NCBI GenBank assembly: GCA_963770835.1
Contig: CAVYRH010000002.1
Location: 173,739-237,738, forward strand
Origin: an uncultured Pseudomonadota bacterium
Lineage (GTDB): Bacteria; Oederibacteriota; Muellerivitia; Muellerivitales; Muellerivitaceae
DNA: 64,000 nt
Direction of reading: 5' to 3'
The notes beneath the pieces were generated by a model that worked only from the letters and a program-made list of their open reading frames with translations, did no database searches and was not told where the DNA came from. Of this stretch, positions 51,667-62,350 are shown piece by piece (the stretch's first letter is position 1; each line of letters begins with the position of its first letter). The position numbers and the translations under genes were made by a program.

Positions 51667-52260
51667 TTACGGTTGATCATCCATCAGCTTGAAGCGAATG
51701 GGAATGTCCACGCTCGTGGAAACCGCAATTCCAGCCAATCGGGCGGGTTTGAAACGCCAAGTCTTGACCGTTTGGAGTGCCAAATCATCCAAAAAACCGG
51801 AACCGGAACTTTGCTTCAAAGCTACCGATGTAACTTGGCCTTTATCATCCACATCCGCCGTGAGCAGGACGGAACCTTCCAGTTTCTGGCGCCGGGCCTC
51901 CAGGGGGTAAGGTGGGGGCGGGTTGCGGAAATAGGACGGGACTTCTAAAGCCCCCCCTGAATGGGTGGTGGATCGGCCCGGATCGGGCAAAGGGGCAGGC
52001 GTGGAAACGGGATGAGGGCGCCGTTCCGTGGGCGCGTCATCAGAAAAATCCTCCAAATCCACCGTCTCACCAGCCTGGGAAACCACTGCTTTCGTCTCCT
52101 CACCCGAGACCGCTCCGGCCATTCCGAACTGGGCCTGGGTGGCCAAACCCAAACTACCGACCAAGAAAAGAAGTCCGTGCAAAGTGAAAGCGACAGCGAA
52201 GCTGATTCTTAGTCGTTTGGCGCCTTCCCCGTTCTTCCCGTACTGCCTCCAAGGCGTCAT
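51667..52260 (-). CDS. tonB: TonB
   Basis: TM SxxxH motif; YPLEARRQKLEG, SSG, WRFKPA. Confidence 0.9.
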   Translation of the reverse strand: MTPWRQYGKNGEGAKRLRISFAVAFTLHGLLFLVGSLGLATQAQFGMAGAVSGEETKAVVSQAGETVDLEDFSDDAPTERRPHPVSTPAPLPDPGRSTTHSGGALEVPSYFRNPPPPYPLEARRQKLEGSVLLTADVDDKGQVTSVALKQSSGSGFLDDLALQTVKTWRFKPARLAGIAVSTSVDIPIRFKLMDDQP

Positions 52261-52264
52261 CTTC

Positions 52265-52678
52265 TTATTTCCTCGATACAATAGTTCGTATAGCGGTTCG
52301 TTTAATGCCGGATTTTCGTACCGAGTCCAACACGGAAACCACTAGGCCAAACGGTGCTTCTTTGTCGCCGTGGATGAAAACCTTCGCCTCGCCGTCCGAT
52401 GATTTTAAGGCATTAAGCCTTCCAGAAAGTTCATCCAAGGCGGTTTCCTCCTTGTCCCAGAAGATTTTTCCTTCCTTCGTCACGGCGATGACCGCCGAGA
52501 CTTGGGCCGAATCCGACTTGGCCGATAGGGCCGAAGGGAGGTTCACGGGCACACTCAGGTTTTGGATCATGGCCAGGGAAACCATCATGAAGGTCGCCAG
52601 AAGGAAAAACATGATATCGATGAGTGGGATGATCTCAATGCGGGCTTTTCGCCTGGAAAGCGGGGGCGGGATGCGCAT
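52265..52678 (-). CDS. exbD: ExbD
   Basis: IEIIPLIDIMFFLL. Confidence 0.92.
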   Translation of the reverse strand: MRIPPPLSRRKARIEIIPLIDIMFFLLATFMMVSLAMIQNLSVPVNLPSALSAKSDSAQVSAVIAVTKEGKIFWDKEETALDELSGRLNALKSSDGEAKVFIHGDKEAPFGLVVSVLDSVRKSGIKRTAIRTIVSRK

Positions 52679-52679
52679 G

Positions 52680-53282
52680 TCAGTCCCCGATCTGCCGCAG
52701 GATCAGTTCCATTTGGGTTCCCGTATCCTCCAACTCATGCCGGGTCCTTTCCAATTGGGAATTCAGGTAATTGAAGGGGATCAGGGCCGTGATCGCGATG
52801 ACCAAGCCAAAAGCAGTATTCACCAGGGCCTCGGCGATGCCGCCAGTGAGGGCCATCGGGGCTTGGATCTGGTCCTCCCCCAAAAGCCCGAATGAATGGA
52901 TCAAGCCGGTGACAGTGCCCAGCAGGCCCAGGAGAGGTGCCAGGGTGATCATGGTGTCCAGGACCGGGAGACCACGGCTGAACCGCCCCAGTTCCCGGTT
53001 GGCGGCCTGGAGAAAGGCGTTAGAAAGGGATTTATCCCTGTTCTCCAACGCATAGGCCAGCGTCCTCGCGATGAAATCTGTTGAACGGCGTCCCCGGTCA
53101 AGACACTCCTTGATCTTCTTTTTCTCCAGGTCCTCCAGAAAGACGTCCACGTCCTGAGGCCGACGAAGCCGCGATTCGCGGAGGTAAAACCAGACCCGCT
53201 CCAACACGACGGACACCGTCACGATGGAAGCCAGCAAGAGGGGCCACATGACGGGTCCACCCTTGGCGAAAAGTTGAATCAT
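52680..53282 (-). CDS. exbB: ExbB (MotA/TolQ/ExbB)
   Basis: APLLGLLGTVTG, GIAEALVNTAFGL. Confidence 0.92.
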   Translation of the reverse strand: MIQLFAKGGPVMWPLLLASIVTVSVVLERVWFYLRESRLRRPQDVDVFLEDLEKKKIKECLDRGRRSTDFIARTLAYALENRDKSLSNAFLQAANRELGRFSRGLPVLDTMITLAPLLGLLGTVTGLIHSFGLLGEDQIQAPMALTGGIAEALVNTAFGLVIAITALIPFNYLNSQLERTRHELEDTGTQMELILRQIGD

Positions 53283-53408
53283 TTTTTCCTCCTAAAAATA
53301 AATGATGGATTCTTGTGGCAAGGATACAACCGAGGTAGAAGCCTAGGAAGACCCCGCTCGCGCAGTACCCCCGAAGGGCTTCTTTTCCCAAGAGCCCTGA
53401 GGTGGGTA

Positions 53409-55601
53409 TTAGATGCGCAACTTCAAAGTGGCCCGCAGGGCGAAAGGCTCCACGGGATGGAACATGTTGTCATACACTCCTTGCGATGGTTCCCCCGGCA
53501 ACCGGCTGATGTCCCAATAGGTGATGTCGTCAGCCTGGGTATTGAAGAGGTTGAAGAACTCCAGGGCCAGGGAGGCATCGCCACGGGTGTATTCGGCTCC
53601 GGCGTTGACCAGAGCCGTGTCTTGGGAATAATGGTCGCCTGTCTCGTCCGATCCCAGGAACCTCGGCCCGAAATAGCGCAAGCGTATCTCGAATTTGAAG
53701 TCCAGGGGAGCTTTCACGCAAAGCCCGGCGCTGAACACATCGGCGACCGCCTCCGGCACTTGGAGGCCGTAAGTGGCGGTATCGAAGTAATGGGCTTGGC
53801 TGGTAGAAAGGTCCGCGTCCAAGATGACCCAATCGAGAGGCCGCCAATCGTTGGCCCATTCGATACCGATGCGGCGAGTAGCGCCGGAGGGGTCGGTGGT
53901 ACCGTCGTCGCCGTTGAAAACCAGTTCCGAATCAAGATCCAAAAGCCAGAGGGAGACGGTGCTCTTTAAGTTGGGCACGGATTCGCACCGGATTCCGAAT
54001 TCCGCGCCCCGGGACTGCACCAGGGCTGGATAGTCGGCATCCGGGTTCGCCGCCGTCACGGGCCCGCCATTTTGAGTGGTCACGTCCCAGTTCTTAGTCG
54101 TGCCCCGTGCGTCGTTAGAATGGTAGTCGAACCCGCCGCTTAAGTAGAGCTCGGTCCCGCCCCAGGGGCCGAAAACCAAGTTGGCCTTAGGGCTTAAGAG
54201 CGCCCCCGTGGCCGTGCCCGAGTTGCCCGACACGTTGGCGGTGACGTCATACCTCACCGCATCGCCCCGTATGCCGATGGTGGTTCGGAACCATTCGTTC
54301 CAATGGGTGAGGTTGGAGACGTAAAGCCCGCCGCTGAGTAAATTTACTTGGTCGTCCGAATCCGTGGAGAACCGGACCCGGTTCTCGGTGTTGTAAAGCC
54401 CAATATGAAGGAAGTCGTTGCGAATCTGGAACCCGGCGGTAGTGCGAGAATCGGCTCCCAGAAGGTCGTGGCTCCAGGCCTGGACGAATTGGCCTCCGAG
54501 GATGTTGCGGTCGTCATACTGTTCGAACTGGTCGCCCTGCACCGGGTTGTTATAGAAGAGAGAAAAATTGCTGAAAAGATCGAGATAGCTCCTGACGCAA
54601 TAGACCTGCACAGTGGTGGCCGCCGATGAACTGTTGTCCCGCCATTCGCCCGAGAGGCTCAAACGGTAGCTTTTCCCCCCGTCGGTGGGGCTGAAGCTCC
54701 CAAAACGGTCGATCAACCCTTCCTCAATTGCCCTCTCCGGAATCTGGTTGGTGGCGTTCCAATCGCCCTCGTAACCCATGGCGGTCAAATCCCATCCTTT
54801 TTGGGCATCCCCCGAAATGTAACGAATAAGGCCATTGTATTTCTTGAAGTTCTCCGGCACGTCCCAAGGTCCGTCCATATGCTCGGTTTCCATGGCGTAA
54901 ACCAGGTTGTCCGACCCGAATGTTGAGCTATCCACCGCCACGGCGCGCTGGTATCCGAAATATCCCGAGGTGACATCGGCCAAGCCGTGAGAGAGACTAC
55001 GGAAGGTTCGAATCTGCGCGGCACCCGCCGAGGAAAAATCCCCATCCTCAGCGTAATAGGGGCCTTTCTGGTAATTCACGCTTTCCACCAGTTCGGGGAT
55101 CATGAAATTGAGGTCCATGTAACCCTGCCCATGGGCCTGGGTGGGTAAGTTGGTCGGCATACCGTCGATCCAGGTAGCGAAGTCTGTGCCGTGGTCCAAG
55201 TTGAAGCCACGTAGGAAATACTGGTTGGCCTTACCATCGCCCGAGTGTTGGGTGACGATCATGCCTGGAACGTTTTCCATCACTTCTCCGGGCCTCAGGA
55301 GCGGGCGATTAGACAAGTCATCCTGGCCCACATATCCCTCGCTGGCCGAATCGGCTGTGCCGATAAGGCTCTCGGACCGCCCTATTACCAGTACTTCCGG
55401 TAATTGAAAAATGGATTTGTCCGTTACCGGCCCATTGTCCGTCGGACTTGGCGTAAGCGTTGGTGAAGGTGTCGTCGGGGAAACTGTTTCTAGGGTCTGT
55501 GCTTGTGTTTGCGTATAAACAGTCAATACGAGAAGAAAAACCATCCCTTTCGTTAATTTAAAATTTCGTCCAATCCTTTGGAAAACCATTAGCACCTCCA
55601 T
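53409..55601 (-). CDS. TonB-dependent receptor, probably for nickel
   Basis: QHSGDGKANQYFLRGFNLDHGTD plug; HPVEP C-terminus; in the NikR cluster. Confidence 0.88.
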   Translation of the reverse strand: MEVLMVFQRIGRNFKLTKGMVFLLVLTVYTQTQAQTLETVSPTTPSPTLTPSPTDNGPVTDKSIFQLPEVLVIGRSESLIGTADSASEGYVGQDDLSNRPLLRPGEVMENVPGMIVTQHSGDGKANQYFLRGFNLDHGTDFATWIDGMPTNLPTQAHGQGYMDLNFMIPELVESVNYQKGPYYAEDGDFSSAGAAQIRTFRSLSHGLADVTSGYFGYQRAVAVDSSTFGSDNLVYAMETEHMDGPWDVPENFKKYNGLIRYISGDAQKGWDLTAMGYEGDWNATNQIPERAIEEGLIDRFGSFSPTDGGKSYRLSLSGEWRDNSSSAATTVQVYCVRSYLDLFSNFSLFYNNPVQGDQFEQYDDRNILGGQFVQAWSHDLLGADSRTTAGFQIRNDFLHIGLYNTENRVRFSTDSDDQVNLLSGGLYVSNLTHWNEWFRTTIGIRGDAVRYDVTANVSGNSGTATGALLSPKANLVFGPWGGTELYLSGGFDYHSNDARGTTKNWDVTTQNGGPVTAANPDADYPALVQSRGAEFGIRCESVPNLKSTVSLWLLDLDSELVFNGDDGTTDPSGATRRIGIEWANDWRPLDWVILDADLSTSQAHYFDTATYGLQVPEAVADVFSAGLCVKAPLDFKFEIRLRYFGPRFLGSDETGDHYSQDTALVNAGAEYTRGDASLALEFFNLFNTQADDITYWDISRLPGEPSQGVYDNMFHPVEPFALRATLKLRI

Positions 55602-55628
55602 GTAATACTAATTTTTTATTCGTAATAC
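55602..55628 (-). promoter_or_regulatory. Putative NikR operator
   Basis: GTATTAC-N13-GTATTAC, similar to the GTATGA-type NikR box. Confidence 0.6.
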
Positions 55629-55645
55629 TTATAAAGCAAAAAAAA

Positions 55646-56687
55646 TTAGGCCCCGGTTTTCTCGAAACCCTGCATCCGGTAGATACAAACCGAAAGAAGC
55701 CAACCCACCACGAAGACCCCAACCACCACGAACCCGAAGTTCGCCAGATCATCGTTCAAGGACCCAATCAGGCCAAAAGCCCCGCCATGGAGATTGAGTT
55801 TGTCGGCGATCAGTCCAAGACCTTCAATGGAGCCGATCAAAAGTGCCACCAGCACGGAAAGCGAAGTAAGGGTCAGGTTGTACCAAAGTTTTCTTAAGGG
55901 GTGGATAAAGGCCCAGCCATAGACACCGGTCATCAAAACACTGTCGGTGGTATCCACCAGCGACATACCGGCGGTGAAAAGAACCGGAAAGACCATGGTC
56001 GTTCCAAAGGACGATCCCTGGGCGGCCTGGGAGGCTGCGATACCTAAAAGACCAATCTCGGTGGCCGTATCAAAGCCCAATCCAAAAAGAAAACCCACCA
56101 GGTACATATGCCGGCTTTTCGAAGACCCCATTCAGGAAAGGTTTAAAGATGCGCGAAAGGAAACCCCGGTCCCAAAGGAGTCCGTCCAATTCTTCCGGGT
56201 TACTTGTTTCTCCCCGTTGTTCGCGTCGAAAGGCCCGCCAGATGCTCTTCAAGACGAAGAGATTGGCCAGCCCGATACCGACAAGGAAGAAGGCCGAGAT
56301 CGCGGTGCCCAAGACTCCGCCGATGTTCTTCAGCCCTTCCAGCCGGTCCTGCGACGAGCCAATGGCGGCGGCAAGGGACGCCGAGGCCAAAACGACAATC
56401 GTGGAGTGTCCGAGGGAAAAGAAGAACCCCACCGAAATTGGTCGGCGGCCGTTTTGCATTAGCTTTCTCACCACGTTGTCGATGGCCGCAATATGGTCCG
56501 CGTCGACCGCATGGCGAAGTCCAAAGATATAGGCCAGAAAGGCTGTCCCTAATAACGCCGGGTTGTGGGCGAAAGCGGTGAAAGCCCAGGCCCAGGCACC
56601 TAGGTTGAAAAGGACGAGCCAAAAGTAAAGTGCAGAGGTCTTGGCCCTAACGCCCTCAATTCCATCATCGAACAGTTTGAGCCACAT
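55646..56687 (-). CDS. hoxN: HoxN/HupN/NixA Ni/Co permease, frameshifted near 56130
   Basis: RHAVDADHI and FSLGHSTIV in the first ORF; GFLFGLGFDTATE in the second. Confidence 0.85.
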
Positions 56688-56741
56688 TGTTAAAGTCCCT
56701 TTTGCCTATTAATGTTTTTTATTGCCAACCAGATAAAACCA

Positions 56742-57161
56742 TTAGCCTAATTGACCACCCAACGATCCTAAGGAAATGGAAGCGTGCAGAACCCCTTTTT
56801 CCTGGCGCATATGGTCAAACAGGTGACGAATATCAGAAGCCTTTCCTTTAACCATAATCATCTCGGCGCAAATGCGCTCATCCAGATGCACGTGGGTAGA
56901 GGCTAATACCTGCGCCGCGTGGTGGTGTTGAACCTCGATCAACTTCTCACTTAATCGTCGTTTGTGGTGGTCATACAAAAGGGAGATCGTACCCAGCGCT
57001 TCCCCACCTTCCTTATCCCATTCCTCGGATACCATTTTCCCGCGCACCAAATCCCGTATAAACTCGGACCGGTTCTCATAATGACTTTCTCGAATCATTT
57101 TTTCGAGTTTATCGGCCAAGGGTTTCTCGATGGAAAAACTGAATCGGCTTAGTTGGGGCAT
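56742..57161 (-). CDS. nikR: Nickel-responsive regulator
   Basis: RFSFSI..., NRSEFIRDL, YDHH, HVHLD...C.E. Confidence 0.93.
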   Translation of the reverse strand: MPQLSRFSFSIEKPLADKLEKMIRESHYENRSEFIRDLVRGKMVSEEWDKEGGEALGTISLLYDHHKRRLSEKLIEVQHHHAAQVLASTHVHLDERICAEMIMVKGKASDIRHLFDHMRQEKGVLHASISLGSLGGQLG

Positions 57162-57224
57162 GGCACAAGACCTCCAAATGAGTTTGAGTTTATTCAATAA
57201 TAGAATAGGCCTTCATGATTAAAA

Positions 57225-57250
57225 TCATACGTTTTTTTTATTTTTCATAC
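57225..57250 (-). promoter_or_regulatory. Putative NikR operator upstream of nikR
   Basis: GTATGA-N14-GTATGA with the same A-rich spacer as 55602-55628. Confidence 0.5.
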
Positions 57251-57348
57251 CGGTGGCGCATTTCATTAGGTGATGACACATGGGACAATTACTAAACACG
57301 TGATTTTCTTAGATTTGCAATAAAGAAATGAAGTGTTATCGAGCCGGT

Positions 57349-57723
57349 CTAAGAAATATTGTGTTCCAATTTCATCTTCTCCAAAAACTCTTTTGCGGAA
57401 TTATTAGTCGATACCGATCCGCTGTATTCGTAAAACTTGGCACCACCGTTAAAAAAACTGTGCCCCAAAATCCTCTTGGCTGTTGGTTGAATAGCCTCGA
57501 TAAACTCATGCCACTTAGGGTCTTCGTTCCTCAAGGACGAATGAAAGGCAGAATCCACTGCGCCCCGGACAAATGAGGAAAAATCTTTTATCCCAAATTT
57601 CCTTGTCATTTGTTTCCAATATTTTGCCTGGCTCGGCTTGACCCGTAGGGAAACCACCTGTTCGACTTCATTCTTAACCCGGATAGTCGAATGAGACAAC
57701 CTGTCCTTTTTAATGATTTTCAT
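57349..57723 (-). CDS. Hypothetical protein, possible RHH DNA-binding
   Basis: VVSLRV...DFSSFVRGAV pattern. Confidence 0.55.
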   Translation of the reverse strand: MKIIKKDRLSHSTIRVKNEVEQVVSLRVKPSQAKYWKQMTRKFGIKDFSSFVRGAVDSAFHSSLRNEDPKWHEFIEAIQPTAKRILGHSFFNGGAKFYEYSGSVSTNNSAKEFLEKMKLEHNIS

Positions 57724-57935
57724 GATTCCCCCCTTAACGAATTGTATTAAGTTTCAAGTTTACGTGATTTTCTTTTCGGTATTCACTCACTAACGCTCAT
57801 AAACCAGTAATGACCATCCAAAGGATTTTTAAATCGGAGATGTCCGTCGAGAGGCGCATTCGTGTCCTATCGGAGTCATATTCTGTCGGTTTTTGCCGCC
57901 TCTGACTGCATTTGACTGCCACAAACAACAAAGTG

Positions 57936-58199
57936 TCATTTTGCGTAAAATGCAATCCGACTGTTACTTAGAACCTTTACGACCTTGGCTATATCAACCC
58001 ATCTTTGAAAAGCCTCTCGACTAGCCAATGCCCTTTTTAATTCCCAAACCGACATTTTCGCTTTCTTCGCAAAGGTTTCAATCCCCCCAAGCTGCTCTAC
58101 TATTTCCACAACCGCTTCCTGGAACAACTCCGCTTTTCCGGAATTCAACCCCACAGTCAAGAGTTTGGCCCCTAGTTTTCTACATCCTTTATTTCCCAT
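57936..58199 (-). CDS. Small HTH protein (antitoxin-like)
   Basis: GGIETFAKKAKMSVWELKRALAS. Confidence 0.5.
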   Translation of the reverse strand: MGNKGCRKLGAKLLTVGLNSGKAELFQEAVVEIVEQLGGIETFAKKAKMSVWELKRALASREAFQRWVDIAKVVKVLSNSRIAFYAK

Positions 58200-58418
58200 T
58201 CCGTTGTCCTTTGTACGAAAGAACGTTATAAGCAAACATAAAAATTCTAATGACGTTCAAGTAAATTGAATAGGCTTTAAATGGAATATATCGGCCAACA
58301 CACGCCACAGAAAGTCTACTGAGCCTTATGGCCTTATACGGTAAAAATTTTAATTACACGCCCAAAACAAATCTTTTCTTAAACACATTACCTCAATAGA
58401 TTTTTTCCTCAAAATTAT

Positions 58419-60406
58419 GTAGAGTAGAGCACTGGCGCAGTAACCCACAGGAAGACCCTTGTCTGTATCCACCGTTTCCAGTTTCGTGCCCGTTTAGGGT
58501 TCTCCGTAGTCCTGTTTCCAGCGCCCCCTCATCAAACCGTACGTGACCTTTTCGATCATACGGCTTTCCGACAACCTTTATTTCGGCGGCATTCAAGCTC
58601 TTTGGGCTTGGTGGGACAGGAAATAAAGGCCAAGACGTTTGAATTCATCTCCGTTCATAGACCAATTTCGTGCCCGTAAGCCATGCTTATGCTTTCGGAA
58701 CAAAACCAGTCTTGTGACCGTATAAGAATCAATATTGGAAAACTGTTTCCAGCTTGTGCCCACTTTGAAGTATTGGGCCCATCCCCTCAATATCGGGTTC
58801 AGGGTTTTCACCAATTCCTCCAATGAGAGCGAGAGCCTCCACCCTTCAGAAGTCACCGCCTTGATCTTCTCGGTAATCTTCTTCATGGCTTTTCGGCTCG
58901 GCCAGCTTCGAACGTATGCCTTCCACCCCTTCTTCCTTGGTTGGCACATCTGATAATGAAAGCCGAGAAAGTCAAAACCGTCCTTCCCTAGGCCCATCTC
59001 TACCAGCTTCGTCTTTTCCGGGTGTAGTTCCAATCCCATCCGCTCAAGTAGACCCTTGAGCACCTTCAGGCTTTCTTCCGCCTTTTGATGGGTTGGACAT
59101 ACCACCACGAAGTCGTCCGCATAACGAATCAGTTTCCCTAATTTCTTGTGCCTCTTGTCCCAAATCTTGTCCAGCAGGTGAAGGAATATATTGGAGAGAA
59201 GAGGAGAGATTACCCCTCCCTGAGGTGTGCCTTCTTGGGTCAGCAAAAGCTTCCCCTCTGTTAGCACTTCCGCTTTCAGCCATCCCTCGATCAGCTTCAA
59301 AACTTTCTTGTCACTGATCCTTTGTCGCACCAGCACCATTAATTTGGCGTGATCAATGGAGTCGAAATACTTTCGAATATCTCCATCCACCACAAACCGA
59401 TACCCTCGGTTCACCCATTTCAGAATTTCACCGTGGGCTTGATGGGCTCCGCGCTTGGGCCGAAAGCCGTAAGAACCTTCCAGGAAGTCAGCCTCAAAGA
59501 TAGGTTCGACCATCTTCCGGCAGGCCGCCTGCACCACTCGGTCCCGTATGACCGGTATACCTAATGGTCGCTTCCCGCCGTCCGGTTTCGGGATTTCCAC
59601 CCGTTTGACTGGTTTTGGCCGATATGTCCCCGCCTTGAGTTCTTCCTGGATTTGCTTGAGAAAGAGTCTTACCCCTTCTTTCTCTATCTTCTCCAAACTT
59701 TCTCCATCCACCCCTCCACGCCCTCGATTCGCCTTGACCTGTTTCCACGCCTCGATGAGTACATCCCCTTGGATGAGCTTGTCGTACAACGCATGGAAAC
59801 GCCGGTTCGGGCTTCTCTTGGCCGCTCGATATAGCTCCCTCTGGAAGTGGCGCACTTTGTCTTCTGAGTTATTAGCCTTTTCAGGCATTCCCCATGCTCC
59901 TCTTCTTTTGGTCGCTTGGTTGAAGCAGGGGCCCTTCCCTCTGGGAAGTTTTGTTGTCTTCCCTTCATCGGTATTACTGCCCCCTCCGACTTCCTCCTGC
60001 CACGTTTCCCCTTCAGTGCCACCTTATAGGAAGCGCTCTTTTAGCAGGTAGGATCTCCCAGGTTGATATATCAGCCTTTCCCACATTCCGTTCCCTCATA
60101 CGCCGGAGGATTTGCCCCATCCATTCCCGTTTTACCGGATGGGATTGTTGCCTTCGCCGTAAGACACGCGGCTCGGCCTCCTCTGTAGCCTTTCGGCGGA
60201 CACTTCACGACGCGGCAGGATTCACTTCATGTTACGGACTGCGGGATCGTTCCCTTTCTCATCAAAGGTTTATGACCTCGTTTCGGACAAGGCCTCTCGA
60301 CCTTGCCACGGAGGCTGACTTCGGGGCCCTCGGGCGGTTACCCCGTCAGGATTTGGCTCATATCAAGCCTCACCTGCTGGCTGCTACACCCTTATTCCTG
60401 GCACGC
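58419..60406 (-). mobile_element. Group II intron 3
   Basis: 5' GCGTGCCAG; same domain V as intron 2; 3' CTCTAC. Confidence 0.9.
58593..59888 (-). CDS. ltrA: Group II intron RT/maturase (intact, no endonuclease)
   Basis: RPLGIP, GTPQGG, RYADD, FDFLGF. Confidence 0.94.
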   Translation of the reverse strand: MPEKANNSEDKVRHFQRELYRAAKRSPNRRFHALYDKLIQGDVLIEAWKQVKANRGRGGVDGESLEKIEKEGVRLFLKQIQEELKAGTYRPKPVKRVEIPKPDGGKRPLGIPVIRDRVVQAACRKMVEPIFEADFLEGSYGFRPKRGAHQAHGEILKWVNRGYRFVVDGDIRKYFDSIDHAKLMVLVRQRISDKKVLKLIEGWLKAEVLTEGKLLLTQEGTPQGGVISPLLSNIFLHLLDKIWDKRHKKLGKLIRYADDFVVVCPTHQKAEESLKVLKGLLERMGLELHPEKTKLVEMGLGKDGFDFLGFHYQMCQPRKKGWKAYVRSWPSRKAMKKITEKIKAVTSEGWRLSLSLEELVKTLNPILRGWAQYFKVGTSWKQFSNIDSYTVTRLVLFRKHKHGLRARNWSMNGDEFKRLGLYFLSHQAQRA

Positions 60407-60529
60407 TGTCATATACGTGTCATTCGCATTTGTGAGGGCCATTGACACAAACAAAAAAACTTCCGACAAGTTCGGAGATTCGTAGGAAAAATTATTTTTT
60501 AAATTTTTTATTGAGCGAAAAAAGAAAAT

Positions 60530-60616
60530 TGGTGCCCGAGGTCGGACTTGAACCGACATGGGATTGCTCCCGATAGATTTTGAGTCTATTGCGTCTGCCA
60601 ATTTCGCCACTCGGGC
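60530..60616 (-). tRNA. tRNA-Leu(CAA)
   Basis: Full cloverleaf with long variable arm, anticodon loop CTCAAAA and encoded CCA. Confidence 0.96.
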
Positions 60617-60680
60617 TAACGGGTGGGAAGGCCCCAAGGATGGGGCAAGGTTGGTTATTTTATGGGAACACTAAGCAAAG

Positions 60681-62141
60681 TCAAGGGACACGCGTGAACC
60701 CCGCGGCGGCATGGCCCAAAGGAACATTGAAATAATCCACGGCGTTGAAAAAGCAGGTGTCCTGCGCCAGTTTTCCCAAAAGCTCCCTGTCGTCGGGCAC
60801 AAGGCCTTTCTCAACATCCTGGCCCAGGAGGTTACAAACCAGCCGCCGGAAATAATCGTGGCGTGAAAACGAAAGGAAGCTGCGGGAATCGGTGGTCATG
60901 CCCACGAACCGCGAAAGCAATCCCAGGTTGGACAGCACCCGTAAGTGGGCCTCCATGCCGTCCTTCTGGTCCAGGAACCACCAGGCGGGCCCCCATTGGA
61001 CCTTCCCCGGCGTAGAGCCGTCCTGGAAGTTGCCGCACATAGCCGCGAAGACTTCGTTGTCGGCGGGGTTCAGGTTAAAGAGGATGGTCTTGGCCAGTTG
61101 ATTCGAAGAATCCAAGCGGTCCAGGAACCGGGAGAGGGTTTGAGCCTGCGGGAAATCCCCAATGGAGTCGGCGCCAATATTGAGACCTGCTTGAGTCCTC
61201 AAGCGGGAGCTGTTGTCGCGCAGGGCGCCCAGGTGGAACTGTTGGACCCATCCCCGGCTATGGTCCAAAAGAGCCAAATGGTAAAGCAGGTAGGATTTAA
61301 GATCCAGGGCCTTGTCCGGTTCCAATCCACCGCCCGAACGAAGGCGGTTGAAGGCGGTGGAAGCCTCCTGGTCGGTAAAGGGTTCGGAATGGGCGCACTC
61401 TAAGCCGTGGTCAGAGGATCGGCATCCCTGGTCGTGGAAAAAACCGTGGCGTTTCTCCAGCGCCTCCAAAAACGAGTTTAGGGACCCGACGGCTATGTCC
61501 GAAACCGTCTCCAGTTGTCCCACCCAGTCGTTCCAGGCTTTGGGGTCTTCAACCGCCAAGGCCTTGTCGGGACGCCAAGTCGGGTAAACGCGGGTGGCTG
61601 GATCCTTCTTTAAGGCCAGCCATTCATGGTGTTCCAAGGAATCCACGGGGTCGTCGGTGGTACAGACCACCGCCACCTTGAACTTTTCCAGGAGCCCCAG
61701 GGTGGAAAAACCGGGCTGGGAAAGCAGTTGTCCCGCCTTGTCGTAAATTTCCCTGCCCATCCGCGAGTCGAGGAGGACATCGATGCCAAAGGGACGTCGA
61801 AGTTCCATGTGCGTCCAGTGATAGAGGGGGTTGCGGAGTGTTTTGGGCATCGTGGCTGCCCAAGCCTCGAATTTCTCCCAGTCGGACGTATCTTTGCCCG
61901 TGCAATAGCGCTCAGCGACGCCATTGGCGCGCATGGCCCGCCACTTGTAATGGTCGTCCGAGAGCCAGATTTCGGTGAGGGAGGAAAAACGGTGGTCCTC
62001 CGCGATCATCTTCGGGGAAAGGTGGTTGTGGTAGTCCAGGATGGGCAAGGGCTCGGCATAGCGGTGGTAAAGCTCCTCCGCGACCGAGTTTTCCAAGAGG
62101 AAGTTGTCGTTGATGAAGTTTTTGATGAATTGCCTCCCCAA
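60681..62141 (-). CDS. uxaC: Glucuronate isomerase
   Basis: PILDYHNHL, DHYKWRAMRANG, WWFLDQ, GMTTDSRS. Confidence 0.95.
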   Translation of the reverse strand: MGRQFIKNFINDNFLLENSVAEELYHRYAEPLPILDYHNHLSPKMIAEDHRFSSLTEIWLSDDHYKWRAMRANGVAERYCTGKDTSDWEKFEAWAATMPKTLRNPLYHWTHMELRRPFGIDVLLDSRMGREIYDKAGQLLSQPGFSTLGLLEKFKVAVVCTTDDPVDSLEHHEWLALKKDPATRVYPTWRPDKALAVEDPKAWNDWVGQLETVSDIAVGSLNSFLEALEKRHGFFHDQGCRSSDHGLECAHSEPFTDQEASTAFNRLRSGGGLEPDKALDLKSYLLYHLALLDHSRGWVQQFHLGALRDNSSRLRTQAGLNIGADSIGDFPQAQTLSRFLDRLDSSNQLAKTILFNLNPADNEVFAAMCGNFQDGSTPGKVQWGPAWWFLDQKDGMEAHLRVLSNLGLLSRFVGMTTDSRSFLSFSRHDYFRRLVCNLLGQDVEKGLVPDDRELLGKLAQDTCFFNAVDYFNVPLGHAAAGFTRVP

Positions 62142-62350
62142 CTTTTGACGCGGTTATTTAAAAATGGACAAACCCCAAATGCGACCGGCTTAGAAATAAC
62201 CACGCGAACAAGATAACAACTCCAACTTGGACCAGGGCAACGAGGATGGCTTTTATAAATTTGCCAATCCCAGGAGAGTCACGATCCTCAGATTCATCTT
62301 CATCTAACACCGATAGGCTCCCCACTCATTTTTCAAGTTCAAATCGGCAA

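Noticed and set aside
55646..56687. hoxN (and exuT at 62965-64000) as true pseudogenes or programmed frameshifts
   Set aside because: Coding sequence is otherwise intact and no slippery signal was recognised; probable sequencing indels.
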